64,000 bases of DNA from Auanema rhodensis (taxonomy: Eukaryota; Animalia; Nematoda), in NCBI GenBank assembly GCA_964057225.1, contig OZ059898.1, positions 7,316,001 through 7,380,000 of the forward strand. The letters are read 5' to 3'. The notes below the pieces were generated by a model. That model searched no databases. It was not told the DNA's origin and saw only the letters and a program-made list of their open reading frames with translations. Below, one piece after another: positions 13,293 through 26,600 of the stretch. Made by a program: the position numbers and the translations under genes. The stretch's first letter is position 1, and every line of letters starts with the position of its first letter.

Positions 13293-14392
13293 TGCAATGT
13301 AACAAGCGCAAGAAATGGGGGTGAAAATAACCATAAATGGAAAGAAAATGAGAAATTGTGGGTGAGAACAGCGATGAAGATGGATTATTTTGTGACTGAC
13401 AGATTTTAGGAAGGAAATGAATAAAAGGTTTCTTAGTGATGAAACACCTAAATGGATAAAAAAATTGTTTTTAAATAATCGAAATGACGCATTACTGCAA
13501 CAAATGAAATAAGGGGAGAAAAAGTTGAACCAGTAAAAGGATGAAGATTATAATTTGAAAAGGCGTAACGAAAAGCCGAACGAAGAAGCCATTGAAACCG
13601 TTTAAGAAGTGGATTAGTATTTGAAGTCATGATACGTAATAGAAAGAACTTCAAAAGAGAAAAGTGAAGAAAAAAAAGAGTAACTAATACGAAGATGGAA
13701 CAAGTAGGAAATATATAATGTGCAAAAGGGAGATATAAAGAGAAATGAGATGATAATCAGCTATTTTCCTAATTTGGTCGAAGATGAGCTAAATTTTTTT
13801 TTTAAACTGAGATTGTTATTCATATTTTTAGCGAAATAAAATCAAACGAAAACATACAAGGTTATATGAAAAAATTACATGAAAATGAAAAAAATACAAG
13901 TGCTAGAAGAAAATTATGAAAATAGAATAAGCACAGGACAAAGATCAAAAGCTATTTTTCTGCTCTGCTCTCAAGCCTCCAAATGAAAATATCATGGATA
14001 TGGAAAGAAAAGAAAAAAAAAGATAGAAAATGATAGAGATCCTATAAGGAAAGTGTAGATAAGTATAAGAAACTTATATGTATATGAAACACAAAGTATT
14101 TGAATTTCATTTTATAGGAGAAGCGCTGAACGTAATGAATATTTTACAATTAAGAATATAAATTAGGCAATGAAATAAACATTTTCAATCAAATATTCTT
14201 TAGTAGTTATAGAAAATTATCTTGGAATTGAAGTGAGAAAATCAAATTTTATGTGCAAAGATATTATGTACATGTCATCAGTTGAAAAGTGTCTTATCAT
14301 ACATAAAAGCTTTGAGCATTGATTGAGTTGATTGGAATAGCTGTGTTTGTATGTATGTTTATGTATGTAAGAGAAATATAGAAAAGAACTAT

Positions 14393-14455
<63 letters not shown>

Positions 14456-14462
14456 AAGAGAG
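14393..14462 (+). repeat. (GA)n microsatellite
   Basis: Direct reading. Confidence 0.97.
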
Positions 14463-15023
14463 ATAAAAGGGATGTATGTGTATTTAACAAGAAAGAAAAA
14501 AAAAGATCAATAAAGCGATTTAAAAAATCATAATGACATTTCAATTATCAATACGGATTATTATAAAAAGTTTTTGTCTGATTAATATAATTCATTATAA
14601 TTATAAAAATACATTATATTATATATAAAATAAAGTATAAAGTAAAAAGCTTAAATCATCAATAAATCAGTTTTTCCACATTTCGTCTTATGTGGTGTAT
14701 TCTCACTTGTCTTCTGTGCAAATACAATCACAGTCTTTCCCATTCCTCATGACTAACAATCGTTTCTAATCGATTTCAATAGATTGAAGTAGTAAAAGAG
14801 CACCTTGAGATGGTTTGCCTCAATCTATATTTGTATTACAATGATTGTATAATGATATTACGTATATTGTATATATATAATATATAGCATAAGATATAGA
14901 AGTATGGAATATAATTTGAAAATAACGGACAACATCAGTTAGAACTTATATGAATCTACTTTATATATATAGATTAGACATAGATATATATGTCTATAAT
15001 ATTATAAATAATTCAAGAAAAGT

Positions 15024-15026
<3 letters not shown>

Positions 15027-15056
<30 letters not shown>
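15027..15056. repeat. (TA)n microsatellite (others near 2376, 19156, 29264, 31731)
   Basis: Direct reading. Confidence 0.95.
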
Positions 15057-15062
<6 letters not shown>

Positions 15063-16429
15063 ATATTTTAACCTTTTAATAAAATATATTATACAGCATT
15101 TTTTTAGAAGATAGTAAATGCGCATATGGAGATGGTGAAATAACATAAAAGCAGCTGCTGCTAATTCAATTTCTCTTCCTTTGATTGGAAATTTATAGCT
15201 ACTTTTAATGGTAAATAACCCCCAACACCTCCAAATACATATATAGCTTTTTAGGTAATTAAAATGGTGTTGGATGAGATGAGAAATAAATAAATTTTCA
15301 TTTGATAGAAAATTCAATTAATTAATTAGTTATGTTTTACAGTTTAGCACATTAAAATTGAAAATGTTTATCAGGTCATTTAGAAGTTAACGATAGAAGA
15401 TGATAATCAAATTCAAACAAATAAATGACGAAGATTCAATAATATGACATGGATACTTTTTATTTTCTAAAATATAAAGAAGGGATAGCATGTTCATGTC
15501 AAGTTATGATTTGAATTTTTTATTTGATTTTTGGTTAGAGATGACTAATATTCTTATGAAATCATATATGTATGTTCTTTCATTTTTTTCATTATGATAC
15601 TGTAAGAAATATAAATTGATAGACATTTTGTTTACCAAAATTCAAGCTATTAAGTTGAGAAGAAACATAAAATTTCGAAATATGTACCGCGAATTACTGC
15701 GTAAAACGTAGAAGAAACTTGAAAGTTTGGGTCTTAGTTTGATTGCTTTAGTAATAGCTGATAATGAGGCATAACAAGAGAATAATTAGAAAGAAAGAGA
15801 GAAATGTGGAAAGAAGGAAATAAAAAAAAAGTTAGAAGATACTAGACAGGTTATGAAGAAGACAAGTACCGACAATCGTTTTTTCGGATATGAAAAAGAG
15901 ATGTTAGTTATACGATAGAACTAATTGGATCATGCTTGAACAGTATTAGACAAGGAAAAACTATGTTTAACTGTTTTGTTTGACTTTAACAGTAACGATA
16001 TTTCTAATATATAGAATATAATATATTAAAATATTTCAAAATTTATATTCAAATGAATAATAATTATATGTTTCATATAATTTGAGCTGAAAAATTTTTT
16101 AACTGAGATTAAGATGAGTTGTGTTGAGAAACAAGGCTTGAAAGGCTAATAGTTGAATTCAATTTAACTCAGCTACCATCACGACTATGACATCCGAATC
16201 ATCTGATGAAACAATAAAATCTTCAGTGACATCAGAAGGATGGTTAATGTGGATGGATTTCTAGCATTGATGCCATAGCATTAGCTATATGAATGTTACT
16301 GAAGCTTTTAAAAAGCTAACGTTTTAAGAAAATATTGTTTGTTGAAAGATAATTATAAAAATAGTTAGCAATCATATTAAAGTTTAAAGATTAGAAGATA
16401 TTGGAAAAAAGAGAGAGAATGAGTGAATC

Positions 16430-16441
16430 AGATAGAGAGAG

Positions 16442-16502
<61 letters not shown>

Positions 16503-16503
16503 G
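16430..16503 (+). repeat. (GA)n microsatellite
   Basis: Direct reading. Confidence 0.97.
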
Positions 16504-18593
16504 ATGAAATAAAATAAGACATAGGAGTACATTATATGAAAGAAAATTGTGAGGATGTATGAGAAAAATCGAAACTATAGATAGCTCTAGTAAGATAACA
16601 AATATTCTTATGATGTAAAAACTGGAATATACTTATTTTGAAAAAAAATTGCCGGCATGAGATTAGACGGATGAAATGATGGCACTGAGGGGGGGGGGGG
16701 AGTGAAGATAGATGAGAAGTAGTTACGACAAGTTTCAAAGCTTTCATCACATTCAGACGATTATTAGCCTGAAGAGAGTCAGAAATATATATTCTCTGGA
16801 GAATCGTATGGAATGATTCTTGCCTTCAGATATTTCGTCATTAAATTTTCTTCATTTTCCGCTGTTTTTTTGTGAGAATGATAAGAAATGAGCTGAGCAT
16901 AACTTAGTCAAGATTGTTGATGTTGAAGATAAATATCAACAAAATTCTGTATAAGCTTTTAAGTTTTATAGAAGAAAACTTAAAATTTTCATAGAAATAT
17001 GATAATAAAATAAAATAAATATCATTATTAGTGTATTGAACTTATCTTACATGTTATAAAGACAACCTTCTTTCCGTTTCATGTCAATTAGTCAACAGGT
17101 TCTATGTAGTGTCAGGTAGATCTGGATAGGTTTTGTTCGTCATCATCCAAAATCACATGAATCAATCAAAATATATTTATGATGAGATTATTTTTTGATA
17201 ATACAAAACAATTCAAAACATTGATTTTCAGTTAAAATCTTTTAGTATTTCATGTTACAAGTTCATAAATGAACAAAAGATACTTTTTTTTAAAAAAAAT
17301 GACAAAATGAAAAGATGAAATTGATGTTGTTACCTGATGATCGATGACAAATAATAGAATATGCTAGAGGATATATAAGTTGTGTAGATGAATGAAAAAA
17401 TGAAGAAAAAGGAAAATGGAAATGTGAGAAGTATCGTTTACATGACTAACGTAAGCACTACCTCAAACGTCGTCTTCGTGTTTTTTCTTTTTAATTTCCT
17501 TTGTACAACATAATGTGTTTTAGTTTTAACAAGAAAACAAAATTTAATATGGATAATAGCCTTATAACTTGAATGTAATGATAATCGGAAGTTGTACAAT
17601 TTAAGGAAAAGAAAAGAAAAAGTATTTAGCTTTTGTTATCCAAAACTTACTGAAATTTCGGCCAACAATTTATTCATTATTGTTGTTATTGTGAAATAAA
17701 CTGAATGTATTTTATTCAAAAGGTTATTCATAATAATACAAGGACATAAGAACTTTTTCTATCAAAAAGCTATATAAAAAAAGTTTTTTTTTCTCTTTTA
17801 TAAATGCTAAAATAATCGATTGAACATTATAAATAATTTGTTGAGATATTATAAGAGAAATTAGATCTAAGTTACACCGTTATCTAAATAATTATTCTTA
17901 GTTGACAACTAAAAAACGAGAAAAGAAGAGAAATCTGTGAAGATGACCTAATGAAGCATACGATCAAGATGATTAGCTTCCGTCTTTTCTTTCTTTTTTT
18001 ATTATCGAAATTAGAGATATATGGGCATTCAATAGTTTTTTGTTCGTCTTATCTTCCGAATGTAGACGATGTTCAAATGAAAATGATTGATGATTGGCCT
18101 TAAGGTGGATGGTAAGCACTATTGATGATATTCGTATCAAAGTCTAAGATATGTTCAAACTTTATCTTTTTGTTTTCTTTTTATTTTATAAAAAAAAAGC
18201 AAAATTCAGGTGGAAATATTGAAATCGGAAATATAGGATATAGGGTATAAGGGGATGAAAGATAGTTATTTAGATAAATCTTAGTAAAGGATAAAAAGAC
18301 GGCAATCCATCTATGGTGGTTCAGTTGTTGTTGTGATGCTCAAGCCGTTGCCTGATGATAGAGCGATTTATAACATACATATTTCTACTAACTTAGCGTA
18401 TAGTTAGCCACAAGATAAAAAAAATATTTTGAAGATGATGCGGTGTTTTTAGGAATTCAAAATATATTTTTAATGCTTTCATTGATATTGTATTAATTAT
18501 ATATTATAATATATCCTTGGTTTTTGTGGTATATAATATACATTTGTTTTCTATTATCTTTGTCGATTCATCAGTGAAATGCTTAGAAAAGAA

Positions 18594-18597
<4 letters not shown>

Positions 18598-18638
<41 letters not shown>

Positions 18639-18655
18639 GAGAAGGGAGAGAGAGA
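18598..18655 (+). repeat. (GA)n microsatellite fused to a G12 tract
   Basis: Direct reading. Confidence 0.95.
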
Positions 18656-19144
18656 AACATTAACAGAAAATAGCAGTATATTCAAGCAATGAGCACATAA
18701 GAGGAATGATTGTCATGTTAAACAAACTTAGAACAACAAGCATTAACACTCATCATAAATATATAATAAAAAAATGTTTTTTTTTGTTGTTTTCAAAAAG
18801 AAATGAATGAATTGATAATGATACAGAAAGAGAGATCATGTAGTAAGAGCAAGGACAATATTGAAGAACAGATAGAGGCTATGAAAGTAGCTATGAGATA
18901 AGAACGGATATTCTATGTACTTTCTAAAAAAGAAAACGATAATATATAAGCCAGATCATGCATATCAATCTTAGTGAAATCTTAAATACAAGCTACTTTA
19001 CAAGTAGAGAACAGGAGTCATCCTTTCTCACTCACATACTCAATTCACAACAAAAGCGATAATTAGATCCATGGAAGAGTGATAATGATCTTCTGTATCT
19101 ATCTATATATCCCATATAATCTTCTATATATATAATAAAAATAA

Positions 19145-19177
<33 letters not shown>

Positions 19178-21107
19178 TATAATATATTTTGATTATATTA
19201 TATATGCATAATTTTTATTAAAATCATGTCTTATCATAAACAATATCATTTTTCATATTTTACAAAAGAAAGGTAAAATATATTGTAATGAAATTGAAAT
19301 AATAATAATAATAATATAATTAAGAAATGAGTGAAGTTGAGTATAAATATAAGATGAGGAATGCATCCGCTTCTTTTGTCTGCACAAACAAATAAAAGTT
19401 GCAAATGCAGATTCACGGGATTACGCCACTCATTTGCATATTAGACGGAAAGAGCTTGATGGTGGTTGGTTTCAATTCTATAGATGTAATAATCGAATGA
19501 TTAAGATGAATAATGAAAATAAGTAAAACGAATTAGAAACAAAAAAAGAAAAAGCGAGGTTTGGAATTTTTAATTCTTTCATTTATTTTTAAAAAATTAA
19601 ATTCTATCGCGAATGAATGAATACTAATAGAAGCAAAAGATCTTTAAAAAATATTTTTGTTTCAAACAGGTAGAATCTGTTGCAAGAATATGTAACGCCC
19701 ACAGCTACAATCATTCAAGAATACATGAAGAAGCAGGTAGCATAAGCAATAAGTAAGAGCTGCAAGCAAGAACATGAATCTTTACAATGATGATGATGAT
19801 GATGATGATGTTTTTATTAGAAATAAATGAGCACGATGGTAAAATATTTCTACTATTGTTCTAAAACGATTAGAATAGCCGGGATTGTCTAATGAGGAAG
19901 AAGAACATCGCTTTGTCTTCGATGCTAGTTAGACTGACATTCTAGACAGAGAAGAGAAAATGAGGAAGATAAAAAGTGAATTAGAGAGAAAGAAAAACGG
20001 GAAAGCTAGAAAGAAAGAGATTGTATAAGAGGCCGAGAGGCAGAAAAGATAAAGAAGAAGACAGAGATTCAAAGCAGAGATTGAAAATTTTATGGAGAGT
20101 TAATCTTGCGAGAGAAAAAAAGAAGAAATGAATGTGAAATACTGATAGCGTTGTTATTTATACCCTAAGTGCGTTGATGATTCTCTTTTCAGGTATTCAG
20201 TAAATTGAGCAAAGGCTTAAGAGATCATTGAGGAAGACATAGTCAATGAAATTGTGAAAGACACAGATTAACTTCAAATTCATTGACTATGGCCTAAGGG
20301 TATGTATGTAGGTGACGTTATTTTAATGCAAATGTAACTACGTTTTCTTCTCAAAATCTCCAGCTCAAGTTTTCTGTTCACAATCTCTAGTTCTCCACCT
20401 TCAGTAACTCTAATCTTTCTCACTCAAACTTAATCCTAACTTCATTCTAACCATTTTTTAAACGAATAGCATCGATGTATGTATAACTTCATGGATGAAC
20501 AGCAAGTTTGCAGAGTACACAATCTCGTTTTGATCCAAGCTTGCTAAGGAAGTTTGTGGGTGAAGAGTTCACGCATATACGAGCATGACCTCAAATTTCC
20601 GTCGGTCCGTCAGTCAATTAGATGGAGTGAATGCTGACATCGGGTTTTCAGTATTCTGAAGTATCCCTAAGGGAATTAGCAGACTAACTTAAATGTTAGC
20701 GTCTTAAACTCTTCAGAGAAATGAACAAAGGCTGAATCACGATGAAAAAAGAGCAATTATAGAGAAAACTAGTGAAAACCTCTGTCCTAATGTCACATTT
20801 TAGTTCTCACGACATATCACATTTTGCATATCCGTAGCCGTTTATTATGCATACATAATACAAAGAAAACGATATATATATATACTATATATATATATTA
20901 CATATAGATAGATAGAAATATGTATAAAATTCATTATTTTCAACAAAAAATAATACAGAAATTAATAAAAATATATTAATTAAAATTATTATGAGTCAAT
21001 CTGTATAAGAAGAGGTATTGCCTAGACAATGATCAGTTTTTTACACACAATATAAAAACATGTAATGGAACCGTCAGTAATGAATACAATGTATCCAAAC
21101 AAATACA

Positions 21108-23379
21108 TTAAATTTTGATTTTTATTTTATGTATAGGAAATCTCAAAATATTATAGATCATTCCTATAATTTTTGCGTGTTCGTTGATAGTCAATATGTT
21201 GATAACTGATTGGAACTTTACTCAAATACGCTTTTTGGCTTGCTGTCAAATATTGACAATTCGATGATACTCCTGAAAATAAAGTTTATGTTATGATGAA
21301 TTGAAGAGAGTACTATACTTCGTCCTTGCCGACCACTGAGCTGTAAAGAAATTTCCAGACTTCTCATTCGCTCCGGAAAAAGTTGAGAATATTCATATTC
21401 ACCTTTTTCACAATGAACAAATGGTAACCAACGAAAGACATAACGAAATCCGATGCGAAACCTGAAAAACAAGAAAAATATAAATTATGTTTCAGGTATA
21501 TAGATAATAGAATGTATTAATTATATAAATAACTTACCTTTCATTAACAAGACAATAAATAATTGGATTATATACAGTAGTACTCATAGCAATCCAATAA
21601 ATAGCCAAATATGTATATCCTGATGTATCATCAGATTGTGGAAAATATTCCTAAAATAAATATAATATTAATTCGATGATAATCATACATCATATAACTA
21701 ATTTCATTATTTTTTCAATTAAAATCTACTTACACTGAGTTCGAATGTATGATACATGTGATATGGAAGCCAACTGAATCCAAATGCTCCAACCATGACA
21801 GCGAGCATTTTCACAGCCTACAAAGATAATAACTTTTACTTTTTTTCTTCTATTGTTTATTGTTTACGATTTTTGTTTAAAAGAAAAACTCATACCTTTG
21901 CCCTATTAGCTGTAGCACCTTTGCATCCTTTTAGAGCCGCTTCAGCACTTATATATAATTCGTAATATATTCTTCCAAAAATATAAACAATAACTGTCAA
22001 TGGGACAGCATATTGTGTGACAAAAAGTACGTAATTTATTCTGAAATTAAGAAAATAAATAGTTTTTGCAGAATATTTACGCTATATTACGCTTTATTAT
22101 GATTGTGATCCAATTCAGATGTACAAGAATGAGTAATTTCTAAAGAATCATGCCGAGGATTATAGAGCCTAAAATTATTTTGAAAATATAAAAACGCTTT
22201 AATTGAGTTTTTAAAAACTATATTTACTATTATTATTATTATGTCTATACATATATGTATAATATTACATAAAACTTACCAAAATTCTTTAACTGTTGCA
22301 AATATTGTATTAGGTAATGCTGTAAGTGTACTAACAATCCATATAATTGATATTACCATTATAGCTTGTTTTCTACTGAACGTACTGTTGGGTAAAGGAT
22401 GTATGACAGCTTGCATTCTAAATTAAAAATTGAATTAAGTTTACAATTAGGCTGCAATTTTATAATTATTTAATTTTCTAGTTTCTAATTTCTACGAATA
22501 CGTCATTCGTTGAAAAAGATTTAAAGTTCATTTTCCATTTGGTCTCTCTACATACCTATCCCAACTGAGAGCCATCATCGAGAAAACAGACACAGACGTA
22601 GGTGCAATGCCAAAAAAGGAAGTCGGGGTACATAAACTACCGTACCTAAATAAGAAGACATTCACCATTTTGCATAAAAAAGGTTAAAATTATGTTTTAT
22701 GTTGCATTTTCGAGATTAAACTTTATATTTCCGACAAATCCAAAAGGGTTTTGCAAAAAAAGGTCAAACTAATACAACGGTCTGAACAAAATTATGTAAA
22801 GTATGTTTAAAGCTGTGACAACATATCAATTAGAATATATCATTTTTATTAATATAATTTTGAAAATTAAATTAATTTTCATTAACTAACCACCAATCAT
22901 AGTAAAGATTAAAAGTCCATGATGTACCAACATTCAAAACAGCAATCATAAGATCTGCTAAAGCCATGTTGAATAGAAAAAAGTTAAAGCCATTTCTCAT
23001 TGTCTGAAACATCAAATTTCTAGCATCTTTTTAGTGAACAATTTTTTTTTGTTAAAAAAATACATTTCTATTCTTTATGCTAAAAATTTAATTTAATATC
23101 TTTTTTTTCCCACCTTATGCCTGGCTATTATCCACATAACAGCAGCATTACCAGCAGCTGCCATGAAAATTAAAAGTAAAAAGGCAGCATTAACAAACAC
23201 AGCAACATGTCTAAAGATTAAATTATTTTTTGGTAATTATTTGATGTTATAATTTACATTGGAACAACAATTTTAAATGCTTGACAGTAAAGTTTTCCCT
23301 GTAACTCTTCGGGTAAACTAAAGTTGTTTGATGGTGGTGTTTTACACATTAATCGGCCGATTTCCAAGGCTTCATTCAT
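21108..23379 (-). CDS. tkr-1: Class A neuropeptide GPCR, tachykinin-receptor-like; 3' end uncertain (21108-21218), possible extra 5' micro-exon at 26616-26630
   Basis: TM1 GNAAV, TM2 NMALADL, WDRM (DRY variant), TM6 FSWLPYH, TM7 YNPIIY, followed by [16 protein letters not shown]...[14 protein letters not shown], which matches my recollection of C. elegans TKR-1. Confidence 0.9.
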
Positions 23380-23563
23380 TTTGTGCCTATCTGAAACAAC
23401 TATTATAGAGTTTATAAATGATAATTATTTAACATTAAGATATACAAAAAGAGCAGAATTTATAAAAAATAAATACAAATGAAAAATAATAAATAATAAG
23501 TAATGTATATTTTCATTTTTTTTTCTTAATATTTGTATATTTGCATATTACAATGTGTGACCG

Positions 23564-23607
23564 TTCACGTGAAATCGAATTTAATTTCAGATGTAACTTC
23601 ACGTGAA
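23564..23607. promoter_or_regulatory. Two identical palindromic E-boxes, TTCACGTGAA
   Basis: At 23564-23573 and 23598-23607, about 200 bp upstream of the tkr-1 ATG. Confidence 0.5.
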
Positions 23608-26600
23608 ATTGGTTGATGCTGCTGTGTTGTTTATTTTCTATTTGAAATTACACATTTAAGATGCTTGAGCGTTGTCACATTTACATGTACATATGTATGT
23701 ATGTATATGTACATATAGTATGATCTTTAAGAAGAATATCAAGTATAAACTAGATAAAAATTTAAAAAATCTTTCAAATCATTCATAGAAAATCATTCAT
23801 AGTACTCATCATCTTATACAACATGTAATTGAAATTTAAAATTCAATCCACTACTTTGTATACTTGAATAATACCGTTTTGAACAATCGCAATGGACAAA
23901 GCTTGTTAATGATTACTTGAAATAGGTTTACACAATGTTGATTTTTTTTTTCGGAAAAACATGGGATATTGATGAGAAAAGTTTGATGAGGAATGAGAAG
24001 AATACAAAATAGAAAAGAGTTGTACGGAAACAAAAAAAATATTCATATTTCGTAGAGATAAGAATATTTTTTAATCATTGATGAAATAAATAAGAATAGC
24101 AAGCTTGTTAATCAAGTTTTCAAAAAGAGTAAAATAAGTTAAAAAAGATTTAGAGATGTAGCACAGACAAGAAAGAGCAATAAGAGTTACAAAGATAAAA
24201 CCGGGACATTGGGAATTCTTCGTTGAAGTTATGTTCTATTCAGATCAGGCAAGAAAAGAAAGCATTTTCATAGTACATCAAAGCATGAAGAATATCAATA
24301 TACGAATATACATAGTGAGACACATAGTGAACTGGAGACCAAGTGTCAATGTTTTTTAATTCTCAAATGAAAGAGGAAATACGGAAGAAGAAAGCGATGA
24401 GAGGATAATAAAAAAAATTTTCAAATTAATAAAATTGTGAGAAATCAGTAATAAAACTGAAAGAAATGTGGAACAAGAGCTGTTGTGTTATACTGGAAGT
24501 GAAACGAAAAGGTATTTTCTGTGAAAAAGAACAACAATGTAAAAAGAAATATATTGTATTGTATACACAATATTCATATTCTCTCTATATGATATATAAT
24601 ATATAAATATAAAATTACAATAAAGAAAACTTTAAAACAAAAAATTAAAACTACATATATGTATATTAGGAGAATATCTTAAATTAATTTTGGGCAAAAA
24701 AATAATAATGAAGGTCCCATGTCTTCATGCATCTTATTTTTCATATGAATTGATTCATTACCAATTTCTGATATTGCAGAACGAGAGAAATGTTTACAGT
24801 TGAAACTAAAAGTTTAGCATTTAACGAGCATTTATTTCAAGTTTAAAATTGAAGTAAAAGAGTTGTGAGTTAAGCCCCTACACTAACAAGATACAACAAG
24901 GTAACAAAACATTCTACGCAAATGAGTTATTCTCTCCTTTTCGAAAAAAAAATCATTTTGGATGGTAGTCAGATATAAGAGAATGTAGAGATTAAAAGAA
25001 AGAAAATGAAATAAGGAGATTGAATGATATATAGAAGAAATGGAAAGAGAGAAGAGAAGGAGATAGAGAAAGAGAAAATGTGGAAAATGTAGAGAGAAAA
25101 GAAGTAAAGGAGAATAAAGAACTACCTACATATGCCAAAGGAAAACTAAAAACAGTGAGATTTACGGACAATCGAATGTAGAACTTTCTTACAGATTAAG
25201 TTGATGTGTATTTTGTTTGAATGTTTTTTGAACGGGAAAGTGTTCGGTAAGCCTAAAAGATGTTTGAAACCGTCTGCTTTTCAAAAGTCCTCTCTACGCT
25301 CTCATAGAATCTTCATTTCAGATGCACAAACATCTAACTTTAAAGACAAAAAAATCAAATTTTTTTTGTTCAAAAAGCCAAAGCTTAGAATTGACAGGAA
25401 AATCGTTGTAGCTTCATGAAGCTAAAAGAAAGAACTTGGAATGAATCAGGCGAAGACCTTTCGTTGACCTTACTGCTAGTTCGTCAACTCTTATAAGGAA
25501 GCCTGACAGCGCTGAAACAAGGAAGACAAAGGAGATACATTTGGAAGCTATAAAGATCATTACCTCCTTTACATCATTTTTAGATGTTTTGATGATTGGA
25601 GAAAATGAAATATGAAAAGTATAGAAGATAGTTCGTTGCAGTAGATTAGAAGGAAATAAAAGCACAGTAGATGTAAACGGAAGAGGAAGTTCTTCTAATG
25701 AGTTTACTCAGAAACAAAATGGAGAATCTAAATGTTGCCTATAGACTAGTACTCCTCTGAATTTAGGTCCGCGAAATTTAGGCGAAAGAAAACTTCTTTT
25801 CCCCTCTTCTTTTCTGTTACTCTCATCCTATTTAGTTGTCTAGTTTTTTTGTTATTTATCTTTAAGAGTCTTCCTTAACTGAAGTCTGTATTAGATATAT
25901 TCAGGATTGTTAATGTTTAGATCTCTAGATATATGGTTAGAAGTTCACAATAAAACTCATAACAATTGACTAAGCATACAAAGAAACTTCAACAAGTAGA
26001 TTTATGGATTTTCAACAATAGTAAAAGATTGAAAAAAAAAGAAAATTAGATTTCTCTTCACGTGCAAGCTATTTAGTTCTTTTAGAATATCAGAAGAATA
26101 TTTGAAGTTTAAGTGGAAAAAAATAAATTTTCACTTATGATAGAGGCAAAAAAGTATTGTGAAAATATGGATAAAAATAAAGAAAATTGAGAACATGTGA
26201 ATGTGATGATGGGATGAAAAACTAAGAAATATTATATTCTATTTCGATATAAATAATAATAAATTGATTATAGTATTTAATAAAGTCAATTTTAATAGAA
26301 AAAGAACTTTTAAAAGTAAAAGTAAGATTAAGAGAATAAAATATTAACAAGATGAATTCGTTGAAGTAAGTAGATGAAAAGATTCAAAGAACTACACTAT
26401 CACTTCGATCACGAAAAACTGATATACTTCATCGTTAAATATTAATTATTCCACAAATGCTAAAGTTAGGTAACTTTTTTTGGAAAAAAAATATATAATA
26501 AACTTAATATTATATAAATATTGTTAAATTTTTTGATACAATATATAGATAAATTTATATAAATTTATAATAATCAAATGAAATAACAGGAAATTTAAAA

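Noticed and set aside
12997-14533. ORFs with (SL)n or (ER)n runs
   Set aside because: They are translations of (GA)n microsatellites, with no splice or homology support.
16689-16700. G12 tracts as G-quadruplexes
   Set aside because: Too short for a canonical three-tier intramolecular G4, and homopolymer length is unreliable in assemblies.
1105-23379. Peptide precursor as a linked TKR-1 ligand
   Set aside because: The peptide has no tachykinin-like amidated GLR/GMR C-terminus; proximity alone is not evidence.
25761-25790. TTTAGG...TTTAGGC telomere-like words, and isolated TTAGGC elsewhere
   Set aside because: Single hexamers with no tandem array; expected by chance.
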